From positions 1 through 50,277 of the forward strand of contig CAYVAN010000004.1 in NCBI GenBank assembly GCA_964449225.1: a DNA stretch of 50,277 nucleotides, read 5' to 3'. A program made the position numbers and the translations under genes. Of the stretch, positions 36,349-44,004 are shown piece by piece. Source of the stretch: an uncultured Rhodopirellula sp. GTDB taxonomy: Bacteria > Planctomycetota > Planctomycetia > Pirellulales > Pirellulaceae. The notes beneath the pieces were generated by a model, which made no database searches, had not been told where the DNA came from, and saw nothing but the letters and a program-made list of their open reading frames with translations. Each line of letters opens with the position of its first letter. The first letter of the stretch is position 1.

Positions 36349-37749
36349 GTGCAAACGATCAAAACGGCCGCTATCGTCGTGTTGTTGATGTCAGTGGTTT
36401 ATGGTGCGTGGGTGTCATTGACGACGCCCCCGGAATCGTTGCCACCTGATGTTGCTGACATGATTGTGATGGATCAATCTGGTGAATTCCCCTTGGAATC
36501 TGCATTGCCGCCTTCCCTTGGTGATTTGGAAATCAATGGTGGCGAAGCCACGAATGACTTCGGCGATTCTAACGAACTTGCATTCGGTGGCGTCGGCAAT
36601 GGCGGGTTAGCAACCGATCAGATCGGCGTCGCAATGCCAAACGATGCTGGCCTTGCCAACAACAGTATCGCAGTGTCTGGACAGGGACAGGATTCAACTG
36701 ATGTTAACGCTGCGCTGGGCAATGCACCGATTGCTCAAATTGCCAGCGCCGATCCAGGCTTCACGACAACGCTGACCGATCGCGTTCCAGAGACCACTAA
36801 CTTTCAAAACAATCCACAGCCAGGCAACAGTGTTGATCCAGTTACTGGTTATCAAACGACGGGTCGCATTTTCCAAATGCCCGATCCTAAGCAGCTTGAC
36901 CCTACACAACTTGACTCTACACAACGATCGCCTCAACGAAACGGTGCGCCCTCTTCAGATTCGTTGATGTCCAACGGATCGACGCAGCGGCCATCGGACA
37001 ATGTTGCTCAAGTGTCGGCGGTTGGTAGTAATCTGGGGCTCGATTTAGGCACCAACGTCGGCCTGGACAATGCGATCCGGACTGCCGACGCCCAATATGC
37101 CAAGGATCAACTCAAAGAAGCTCTTTCGACGCTCAGCATTTTTTACAGCACGCCCAACCTATCGGGCGAACAGAGAAGCGAATTGCTCTCTCGGTTGGAT
37201 CCGCTGGCCGCAGCAGTGATCTATTCGGGCAACCACTTGCTCGAAAGACCTCATCGCGTCATGTCAGATGAAACGCTTGTCAAAATCGCGCAGCGTTATG
37301 AAGTGCCTTGGCAATTGCTTGCCAACATCAATCAGGTGCGTGATCCAATTGCAGTCCTTCCCGGTACCGAATTAAAAGTCGTTCGCGGTCCGTTCCGGGC
37401 CGAGGTTGATTTGAAGCTTCGCGAATTGACGTTGTTTCTGGGCGATCTGTATGCAGGCCGTTTTCCAATCGGTGTCGGTAACGACCCAGCACCTAAACCG
37501 GGAACTTACACCGTGCAAGATAAGCAAACCTCTAAGGTCTTTTACGACGCTTCGGGATCGGCGTTACCGCCGGGAAGTCCAGGAAATCCCTACGGTGGTG
37601 CTTGGCTTGATTTGGGGGGCAATCTCTGCATCCACGGCAGCCCCAACACGACCACGCCGGTCAGTAAGGGCTGCATTAGTTTGTCTGCGGATTACGCCGA
37701 TGACCTGTACGGTATTTTGTCGCATGGATCGACCGTCTCGATTAAGTAA
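36349..37749 (+). CDS. membrane-anchored LysM + YkuD-type L,D-transpeptidase family protein
   Basis: N-terminal TM helix; LysM HRVMSDETLVKIAQRYEVPWQLLANIN; YkuD-like FPIGVG, NPYGGAWL, IHG...SKGCI. GTG 36349 has a GGAGG RBS. Confidence 0.85.
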   Translation: MQTIKTAAIVVLLMSVVYGAWVSLTTPPESLPPDVADMIVMDQSGEFPLESALPPSLGDLEINGGEATNDFGDSNELAFGGVGNGGLATDQIGVAMPNDAGLANNSIAVSGQGQDSTDVNAALGNAPIAQIASADPGFTTTLTDRVPETTNFQNNPQPGNSVDPVTGYQTTGRIFQMPDPKQLDPTQLDSTQRSPQRNGAPSSDSLMSNGSTQRPSDNVAQVSAVGSNLGLDLGTNVGLDNAIRTADAQYAKDQLKEALSTLSIFYSTPNLSGEQRSELLSRLDPLAAAVIYSGNHLLERPHRVMSDETLVKIAQRYEVPWQLLANINQVRDPIAVLPGTELKVVRGPFRAEVDLKLRELTLFLGDLYAGRFPIGVGNDPAPKPGTYTVQDKQTSKVFYDASGSALPPGSPGNPYGGAWLDLGGNLCIHGSPNTTTPVSKGCISLSADYADDLYGILSHGSTVSIK

Positions 37750-37752
37750 ACG

Positions 37753-37816
37753 GCTAATAACCTCAGGCGCTAACAACCTCAGGTGCTAATAGCCTCAGAC
37801 GCTAATGACCTCAGAC
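37753..37816. repeat. tandem repeat, 4 x 16 bp (GCTAATAACCTCAGRC)
   Basis: Units: 37753 gctaataacctcaggc, 37769 gctaacaacctcaggt, 37785 gctaatagcctcagac, 37801 gctaatgacctcagac. Confidence 0.95.
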
Positions 37817-37950
37817 AACTGGCATTGCGATCAACAAGTAGGATTTAGGTCAGCGTGATGACGTGTTAGGTTTTATGAAACGGCGAAGGAGTCGTTCTGA
37901 ACCCTACGCTTTTTCAAGCTCCTCTTTCAACTTTAAAGTCGCAAGTTTCC

Positions 37951-38496
37951 ATGTATCAACGTGATCAACTGATTGAATTGCTCCGTAGCGAAGCACTCCA
38001 GCTCGGCGATTTTACGCTCGCCAGCGGTGCAAAGGCGTCTTACTACCTCGACTGCCGCAACCTGACACTGCACCCTAAAGGCGCGAACCTGATCGCCCAA
38101 GGAATGCTTGAAGTCCTTGAATCACGTGGCGAACTACCCGCCGCCATCGGCGGTATGGCAATCGGCGCAGACCCAATCACAGCATCGATCGTCACCATTG
38201 CCGGACAAAAAGATTTGCCTTTAAAGGGGTTCATGGTTCGCAAAGAGCCCAAGGGCCATGGCACCGGTAAGCAAGTCGAAGGCCCCGTCAAACCAGGCGA
38301 CAAAGTGGTGATCGTCGAAGACGTGATCACCAGCGGTGGAAGTGCGATCAAAGCGGTCGAAGCCGCACGGAAATTCGGATTAGAAGTCGACACCGTCGTC
38401 GCCATCATCGACCGGCTTGCCGGAGGAGAAGAAGCGTTTGCGGCAGTCGGGATTGAATTGGTGACTTTGACGACGATCAAAGATTTCGGACTCTAG
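37951..38496 (+). CDS. pyrE: orotate phosphoribosyltransferase
   Basis: GDFTLASG..SYYLDCR, VRKEPKGHG, PRPP-binding VVIVEDVITSGGS. Confidence 0.95.
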   Translation: MYQRDQLIELLRSEALQLGDFTLASGAKASYYLDCRNLTLHPKGANLIAQGMLEVLESRGELPAAIGGMAIGADPITASIVTIAGQKDLPLKGFMVRKEPKGHGTGKQVEGPVKPGDKVVIVEDVITSGGSAIKAVEAARKFGLEVDTVVAIIDRLAGGEEAFAAVGIELVTLTTIKDFGL

Positions 38497-38499
38497 TGC

Positions 38500-38617
38500 T
38501 AGTGGTCCGTCGAGAAAAACCCTTAGGTTAGCCGTATTGGATCTCGTTAAAGATCCCCGCATCTCAGGATCTTTCACAAGATCCACCACGCAAGAATTTG
38601 AATTTGACGCACGATTA
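38500..38617. repeat. intergenic REPIN-like element, type D (different TIR and different inner REP doublet)
   Basis: Outer tagtggtccgtcga ... ttgacgcacgatta (10/14 inverted match). Inner gtattggatctcgttaaagatcc (38534-38556) and inverted ggatctttcacaagatccaccac (38567-38589), each a GGATCT..AGATCC hairpin. Confidence 0.75.
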
Positions 38618-38674
38618 CGCAAGTCTTCGATCGGTCAAAGGGCCGGTTTCCAACGGCCAACTTGTATTGAAACA

Positions 38675-39376
38675 ATGGAAACCACTCTCCATCAACAACT
38701 GAAACGTCACTACGCCGGTGAGGCTGGGCAGACTGAAGTTCAGTTGGGCAGGTATCGCATCGACGCCGTTCGCGGTGAAGAACTGATTGAAGTTCAATGC
38801 GCGTCGTTGTCTGCGATTCGTGACAAGTGCCAGAACCTGTTGAAGCGACATCGACTTCGTGTCGTCAAGCCTGTCGTCATCCGTACTCGCATTCGACGCT
38901 TAACCAGCGATCCTAAAAAAGCTGAAACGGGAAAAACAAAGTCGCTTCGCCTTAGCCCTAAACGCGGCAGTGCGATCGATTTGTTTGACGAACTGATTTA
39001 CTTCACTCGAGTCTTTCCGCATCCGAATCTGACGATCGAAGTGCCATTGATCCACGTCGAACAGGTGCGTGTTCCAAGTCGAAAGAAGAGACGCAGGTCA
39101 TGGCACAAAGATTACCGAGTCAAGGATGTGCTTTGGGAATCCACTGAATCGACGCTCGAATTGAGCAACGCGTCGGATTTGTTGACGCTGTTACCGGGCG
39201 GCGAAACGATGGGCCAAGCGAATCCGTCGGGGCATTTCAACACCGCGGAATTGGCGAAAACGATCGGCAAATCCCGCCAAACGGCTCAGCAAATCGCCTA
39301 CGTCCTTCGAAAGACGGGTGCGATTGACCAACACAGTCGTAATCGATCTGGCATCGTTTATCGCCGTGCAGCCTAA
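38675..39376 (+). CDS. hypothetical protein, PD-(D/E)xK nuclease-like fold with C-terminal HTH-like segment
   Basis: METTLHQQLK..Y, EV.LGRYRIDAV...LIEVQ; C-terminal FNTAELAKTIGKSRQTAQQIAYVL. The ORF-track start 38537 lies inside the repeat element. Confidence 0.6.
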   Translation: METTLHQQLKRHYAGEAGQTEVQLGRYRIDAVRGEELIEVQCASLSAIRDKCQNLLKRHRLRVVKPVVIRTRIRRLTSDPKKAETGKTKSLRLSPKRGSAIDLFDELIYFTRVFPHPNLTIEVPLIHVEQVRVPSRKKRRRSWHKDYRVKDVLWESTESTLELSNASDLLTLLPGGETMGQANPSGHFNTAELAKTIGKSRQTAQQIAYVLRKTGAIDQHSRNRSGIVYRRAA

Positions 39377-39545
39377 AAGTGTTTCATTCGAAGTCGCCTT
39401 TCGCTATGCGAAAAGCGTGGGGACAAGAATTTTTTGCTGAGTGAAAGACGACGATCTATCCGTTTGCAGCCTTGCTTGGTTCCGCATGGTGAACCATCAT
39501 CAAGGTGCCAAAGACACGACTCTTTTTTCATTGGAACTACAAACC

Positions 39546-40691
39546 ATGCTTGATCGTTTGACCTTAACTCTGGTGTTGTTTGCGTGCATGATCTTTGGTG
39601 CCGACGGTTGGAGAAATTGCAGCGCTGAATCGATTGACATTTGGATCGGAACAAGCGATCGAACGCCTTCACGGGGCATCTATCGAACTCGCATGAACCT
39701 GGGCAGTGGTGAATTGAGCAAGCCTCGACTTGCGGCGGAATTAAAAGGGCCTGGGTTTCTAGCCCTTCATCCAACGCTGGACAATCTGTATGCAATCGGA
39801 ACGCCGATCGATGGTGAACCGTCGGTTGTTGCCTACACGGTTGGTCGGCCAAAGAACCGATTGAGCTTGGTCAACTCAGTCGCGATTGGTGACGGTGGTG
39901 CCGCTCATTTGGCAATTGATCAAACCGGTGCTGTGCTGTTAACGGCACAATACAGCGGAGGCAGCGTTGGTGTGTTTCGCTTGAACGAAGATGGTTCAAT
40001 AAAAGAACGAACCCAGTTAATTAAGCACAAAGGTGGCAGCGGAGTCGTTGGCAATCGCCAGGACTCGCCACATCCGCATTGGGTAGGTTTTTCACCAGAC
40101 AACCAGTATGCACTGGTGCCCGACTTGGGGCTTGATCAAGTTTTGATCTACCGTGTTGACCACCAGGCGGCGACACTGCTGCCGCACGGAAGCGTGCAGC
40201 TTCCACCTGGAAGCGGTTCACGCCACATGAAATTTCATTCGAATGGAAGATGGGCGTACGTGCTGAACGAACTGACGCTGACGGTGACTCAACTAGTTTG
40301 GAACCCAGAAGCTGGGACATTAACAGCCATGGAAACGCTGCCAACGGTACCAAAAAAAGTCTTGGCCAAGGAAAGTTTCAAGAGTGCATCTGAGATTCGA
40401 ATTCATCCAAACGGTCGGTTTCTTTATTGTGGAAATCGCGGCCATGATACGATCACGGTATGTCGCATTCACCAGAAAGACGGATCTCTATCGCGAGTCG
40501 AAATTGAAAACTCTCGCAGTGCGATGCCTCGAAACTTTAACCTAACACCGGATGGAAAATGGCTGGTCGTCGCTGGCCAAGACTCGAACACGGTTGGGTC
40601 GTTCTCTGTTAATCAGAACTCGGGAACGATCCAGTACAGCCAGCACATCGTGCAAGCCCCATCACCCATCTGCATCCTGTTTCAGCGATAA
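39546..40691 (+). CDS. lactonase family beta-propeller (6-phosphogluconolactonase-like), exported
   Basis: Signal peptide; AQYSGGSV, SPHPHW, VPDLGLD, GSGSRHMKFH, YVLNEL, NRGHDTI, PRNFNL. Confidence 0.9.
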   Translation: MLDRLTLTLVLFACMIFGADGWRNCSAESIDIWIGTSDRTPSRGIYRTRMNLGSGELSKPRLAAELKGPGFLALHPTLDNLYAIGTPIDGEPSVVAYTVGRPKNRLSLVNSVAIGDGGAAHLAIDQTGAVLLTAQYSGGSVGVFRLNEDGSIKERTQLIKHKGGSGVVGNRQDSPHPHWVGFSPDNQYALVPDLGLDQVLIYRVDHQAATLLPHGSVQLPPGSGSRHMKFHSNGRWAYVLNELTLTVTQLVWNPEAGTLTAMETLPTVPKKVLAKESFKSASEIRIHPNGRFLYCGNRGHDTITVCRIHQKDGSLSRVEIENSRSAMPRNFNLTPDGKWLVVAGQDSNTVGSFSVNQNSGTIQYSQHIVQAPSPICILFQR

Positions 40692-40725
40692 CAGGCGATT
40701 GCATCAAGAGCATTGTTGTTATTGA

Positions 40726-40753
40726 CTTAGGCCAGGATAGATCCTGGCCTAAG
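40726..40753. repeat. perfect 13-bp inverted repeat between convergent genes (terminator or REP-like)
   Basis: CTTAGGCCAGGAT-AG-ATCCTGGCCTAAG; no U-tract on either side. Confidence 0.6.
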
Positions 40754-40800
40754 CTGCCCCACATCAATTGTGGAAATGTATCAAGGCTTGACCCGCACGA

Positions 40801-41676
40801 TTAGCTTGCCGAACGCCAGAAACGCGATCGGTAATGCCACATGCAAGCCAACGCGGCAACGCCGTCTCGCCAGCCGATCTTTTTGCCTTCGTCATATCCG
40901 CGACTGTCGTAGCCGGTGGGCACTTCCATCACGATGGCCCCACGCGCGGCAACCTTGGCGGTAATTTCGGGCTCAAACCCGAACCTGCATTCACGCAGTT
41001 GTATTGATCGAATCATATCGCCATCGAACGCTTTATGGCACGTTTCCATGTCGGTCAATTCTAAGCCAGTCATCAGATTGCTCGTCTTTGTCAAAGCCCA
41101 GTTGCCCAGGCGATGAAAGATCGAATGGTCAGTCACGTCACCTAGATAGCGAGACCCGTAAACGACTTCGGCATCTCCATCAAGAATCGGCCAGATTACT
41201 CGAAGCAAGTCGGCAGGTTCGTATTCTAAGTCTGCATCTTGAATGGCAACGACTCGGCCGCTGCTGTGGCGGATTGCAAGTCGAACCGCAGAGCCTTTTC
41301 CGTGATTGGCTCGGCGGGTTAGGATCGTCCGGCCAGCTTTCTCTGGCAGGCTTTCCAACCATTGTCGCGTTCCATCGGTGCTGCCATCGTCAACAACAAT
41401 GACTTCGGTTGCCGGAGGCATAACCTGTTCGATTCGTTTTAAAACCTGGGGCAAGGTTTCAACTTCGTTGTACACCGGCACGACAACGGAAACATCATAG
41501 TGGTCAACGGCCAGTCGCCCTTGACCAATCTCGTTTGCTTCGGCAATTAGCCCAAGCGTTTCATCGATCTGATCAATGATCTGATTGTGCTTGTCATCGG
41601 ATGACAATCCTGCGAGCTGCTGGGAAAGCTGTTCGGGAGATGCGAAAACTTCGTCGTTGGTGGCAACCGTCATCAT
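40801..41676 (-). CDS. glycosyltransferase family 2 (polyprenol-phosphate glycosyltransferase-like)
   Basis: VSVVVPVYNE, VDDGSTDGT, NHGKGSAV, QDADLEY, GSRY, TDMETCHKAF, FGFEPEITAK, EGKKIGWRDG. Confidence 0.92.
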   Translation of the reverse strand: MMTVATNDEVFASPEQLSQQLAGLSSDDKHNQIIDQIDETLGLIAEANEIGQGRLAVDHYDVSVVVPVYNEVETLPQVLKRIEQVMPPATEVIVVDDGSTDGTRQWLESLPEKAGRTILTRRANHGKGSAVRLAIRHSSGRVVAIQDADLEYEPADLLRVIWPILDGDAEVVYGSRYLGDVTDHSIFHRLGNWALTKTSNLMTGLELTDMETCHKAFDGDMIRSIQLRECRFGFEPEITAKVAARGAIVMEVPTGYDSRGYDEGKKIGWRDGVAALACMWHYRSRFWRSAS

Positions 41677-41989
41677 TGGATTCCATGTTATGGAGATTGT
41701 TCAAATCATCGCGGTTCAAATGCGATGTCTGCAGCTTCTCAAACATGGGGTACAAATCCCCGCTGGGGCCGGTTAACAAGTCCAGCAAAGAACTCCTAGC
41801 CACAATAAAGAATCGGACTGATCGGGTTATGCCGACCATCGCGATATTGCGGAAATCCAATCGGCACGCGTGGCAAGGATCGTGATCTGATCAGCACTGT
41901 ACGGTTCGACTCTGTCGCGCGAGGTTGCCCTGCATCAACGGTTGGAATGCTCTAAACGCACAGTATCCCCAACGCAAAACGCTGCTTCT

Positions 41990-43906
41990 TCACGGGCGTT
42001 TGCTCAAATACTCGATCCGCCCTTTGAACCAACGACTCTTGCCGATTCGAGGCAACGATTGCAGTTCCCTTGGATTGACCTTCAGTCGGTCACGTCCCTC
42101 GGTCCCGCAATGATCGCGAAGGAAGACCGCGGTGTTCAGCACACGCAATGCCTCCGCTTCGCTGACCGATCGCTGCAAAGATCGATATAAAAACGGCAGC
42201 GGGTCCTTCAAAGACATTTCGCCCTTGCTGCGAAGCAAGGCGAGAAATTCGACGGCTCGAATGACGACCAACGGTTCCAAGTCCACTAAGCGTTTTTCGA
42301 CATCGCTGGCGATTTCTTTGGCTTCAGTCCCAAAACTGGTCGCTGCCACTAAACCCCAAAGCCGAACTAACGGGTCTTGGTCATTGATTGCCGTGATGAT
42401 CCTGGGCTTTGCCTCTTCCCAAGTCAGTAATTGATAGTTGGCGGTTTCAATCAAACGCTTGATTTGATCTTGGTTTCGTCTTCCAAAGGTAACGGGATCT
42501 GTCATCGCACCTTCGACCAGATAAGCTTCGGGGACAAAACCCAAATCAGGCATGCTGGTAATCCGCTTGTTTAGTCGATCGCGCATTCGCAACAGAGTTT
42601 CTTGATGAGCTGGATCCTGGGCCAAGTTGATTGTCTCATGTGGATCAGCATCCAGGTCGTATAAGGCTTCGGGCAACTTGGCTTGGAAAAAAGCGTCCTG
42701 AACCGCAGTTAGTTTTCCCTCGTGATGGAGCTTTTTCCATTGCTTTATCGCCAGCATCCTGTAGCGATACTCGAAGTACATACCGTTTGGGTAAAAGGGT
42801 TCAAAGTTGCGAATGTATTTCCATTTCGCTATTCGCAGCGAACGTACCAAGTCGTACTTTTCATCAAACCGATCAGCATGGCCAAACGCCTCATTTCGTA
42901 GATCGACTTCCGATGCAGTTGTATTCTTTCCCAAGAAAGCTTGTCCATCGACGCGTTTCGGAATCTCAAATCCTGCCAGGTTCAAGATCGTGGGGCCAAA
43001 GTCAACGAACTCAACAAATCCATCGGCACGACTTCCCGGTTTTCGATCAATGTCCGCGGCAAAGTTTTTGGGAATGCGGATGACCAACGGAATGTGCAAG
43101 CCGGATTCGAAGAGGTGGCATTTCGACCGAGGCAAGACTCCCCCGTGATCGCTAAAGTAGAACACAAAGGTGTTTTCAAGTTCTCCTGCGTCTTTCAGCT
43201 GTTTGATAATGTCGCCAACCTGTTCATCGACCGATTTGATCAAGTCGTGATACCGAGCAACCGTATTGCGCATCAACGGCGTGTCGGGAAGATAAGGCTG
43301 TAAAGTTATCGCTTCTGCGTTGGTGACCGGTGGTTTGAAAGCACTGCTATGTTCAGGGTGCAGCGAGCTTTCGTGCGAAGTCGCAATCGTTTGGACATGA
43401 AAGAAGGGAACATTCTTTGCGGGGCGGTTCTTCCATGAAGCCTTTGGTGATGATTCATCCCACACCTTAGGGCCCTCGCGGACGTTGTAATCTTTTTTGC
43501 TCTGATTCGTCGTGTAGTATCCGCCATCCCGCAAGTACACCGGAAACATTTTGACGCCCGCGGGCATAATCGCGGGCTCGATCATGCGGTGATACGCGGT
43601 GCCAATTCGCGGGGCGTAACAGCCAGTGATCAGAGTCGTCCGGGCAACTGAGCAAACTGGGCTGCATGAGAATGCATGTTCAAATGTCACTCCTTCTCGG
43701 GCCATCGACTCGATCGCAGGCGTTTTTGGGCCAGTGCTATCGAAGTGGTTCAAATAGTGCTTCGAATTGTCTTCGCTAATGATCCAGACGATGTTTGGTG
43801 TTTTAGCGCCCTTGCCGTCCACGTTTTTAACTGCCATCAAGTTAAAAATGAAATGAACTACAATCGCGACGATGAACGAGACCGCTCGTGTATTGAATTT
43901 CTTCAA
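41990..43906 (-). CDS. formylglycine-dependent sulfatase with C-terminal HEAT-like repeats
   Basis: PNIVWIISED, PVCSVARTTLITG, FSDHGG, LYDL..DP.E..NLA; C-terminal DQDPLVRLWG and DLEPLVVIRA. Confidence 0.88.
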   Translation of the reverse strand: MKKFNTRAVSFIVAIVVHFIFNLMAVKNVDGKGAKTPNIVWIISEDNSKHYLNHFDSTGPKTPAIESMAREGVTFEHAFSCSPVCSVARTTLITGCYAPRIGTAYHRMIEPAIMPAGVKMFPVYLRDGGYYTTNQSKKDYNVREGPKVWDESSPKASWKNRPAKNVPFFHVQTIATSHESSLHPEHSSAFKPPVTNAEAITLQPYLPDTPLMRNTVARYHDLIKSVDEQVGDIIKQLKDAGELENTFVFYFSDHGGVLPRSKCHLFESGLHIPLVIRIPKNFAADIDRKPGSRADGFVEFVDFGPTILNLAGFEIPKRVDGQAFLGKNTTASEVDLRNEAFGHADRFDEKYDLVRSLRIAKWKYIRNFEPFYPNGMYFEYRYRMLAIKQWKKLHHEGKLTAVQDAFFQAKLPEALYDLDADPHETINLAQDPAHQETLLRMRDRLNKRITSMPDLGFVPEAYLVEGAMTDPVTFGRRNQDQIKRLIETANYQLLTWEEAKPRIITAINDQDPLVRLWGLVAATSFGTEAKEIASDVEKRLVDLEPLVVIRAVEFLALLRSKGEMSLKDPLPFLYRSLQRSVSEAEALRVLNTAVFLRDHCGTEGRDRLKVNPRELQSLPRIGKSRWFKGRIEYLSKRP

Positions 43907-44004
43907 AATCCAACTCTCTTAGATTCAAGCAAATGATTATTTCTGTGGCGCAACGAAACTTCGCAAGGCGTCCGCATTGTAAAACGTTTGGCTGGAAGAT
44001 ACCC

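Noticed and set aside
38537-38674. Upstream extension of the nuclease-like ORF, and ORF 38380-38622 (-)
   Set aside because: Both run through the palindromic repeat element, which explains their mirrored DLVKDP peptides.
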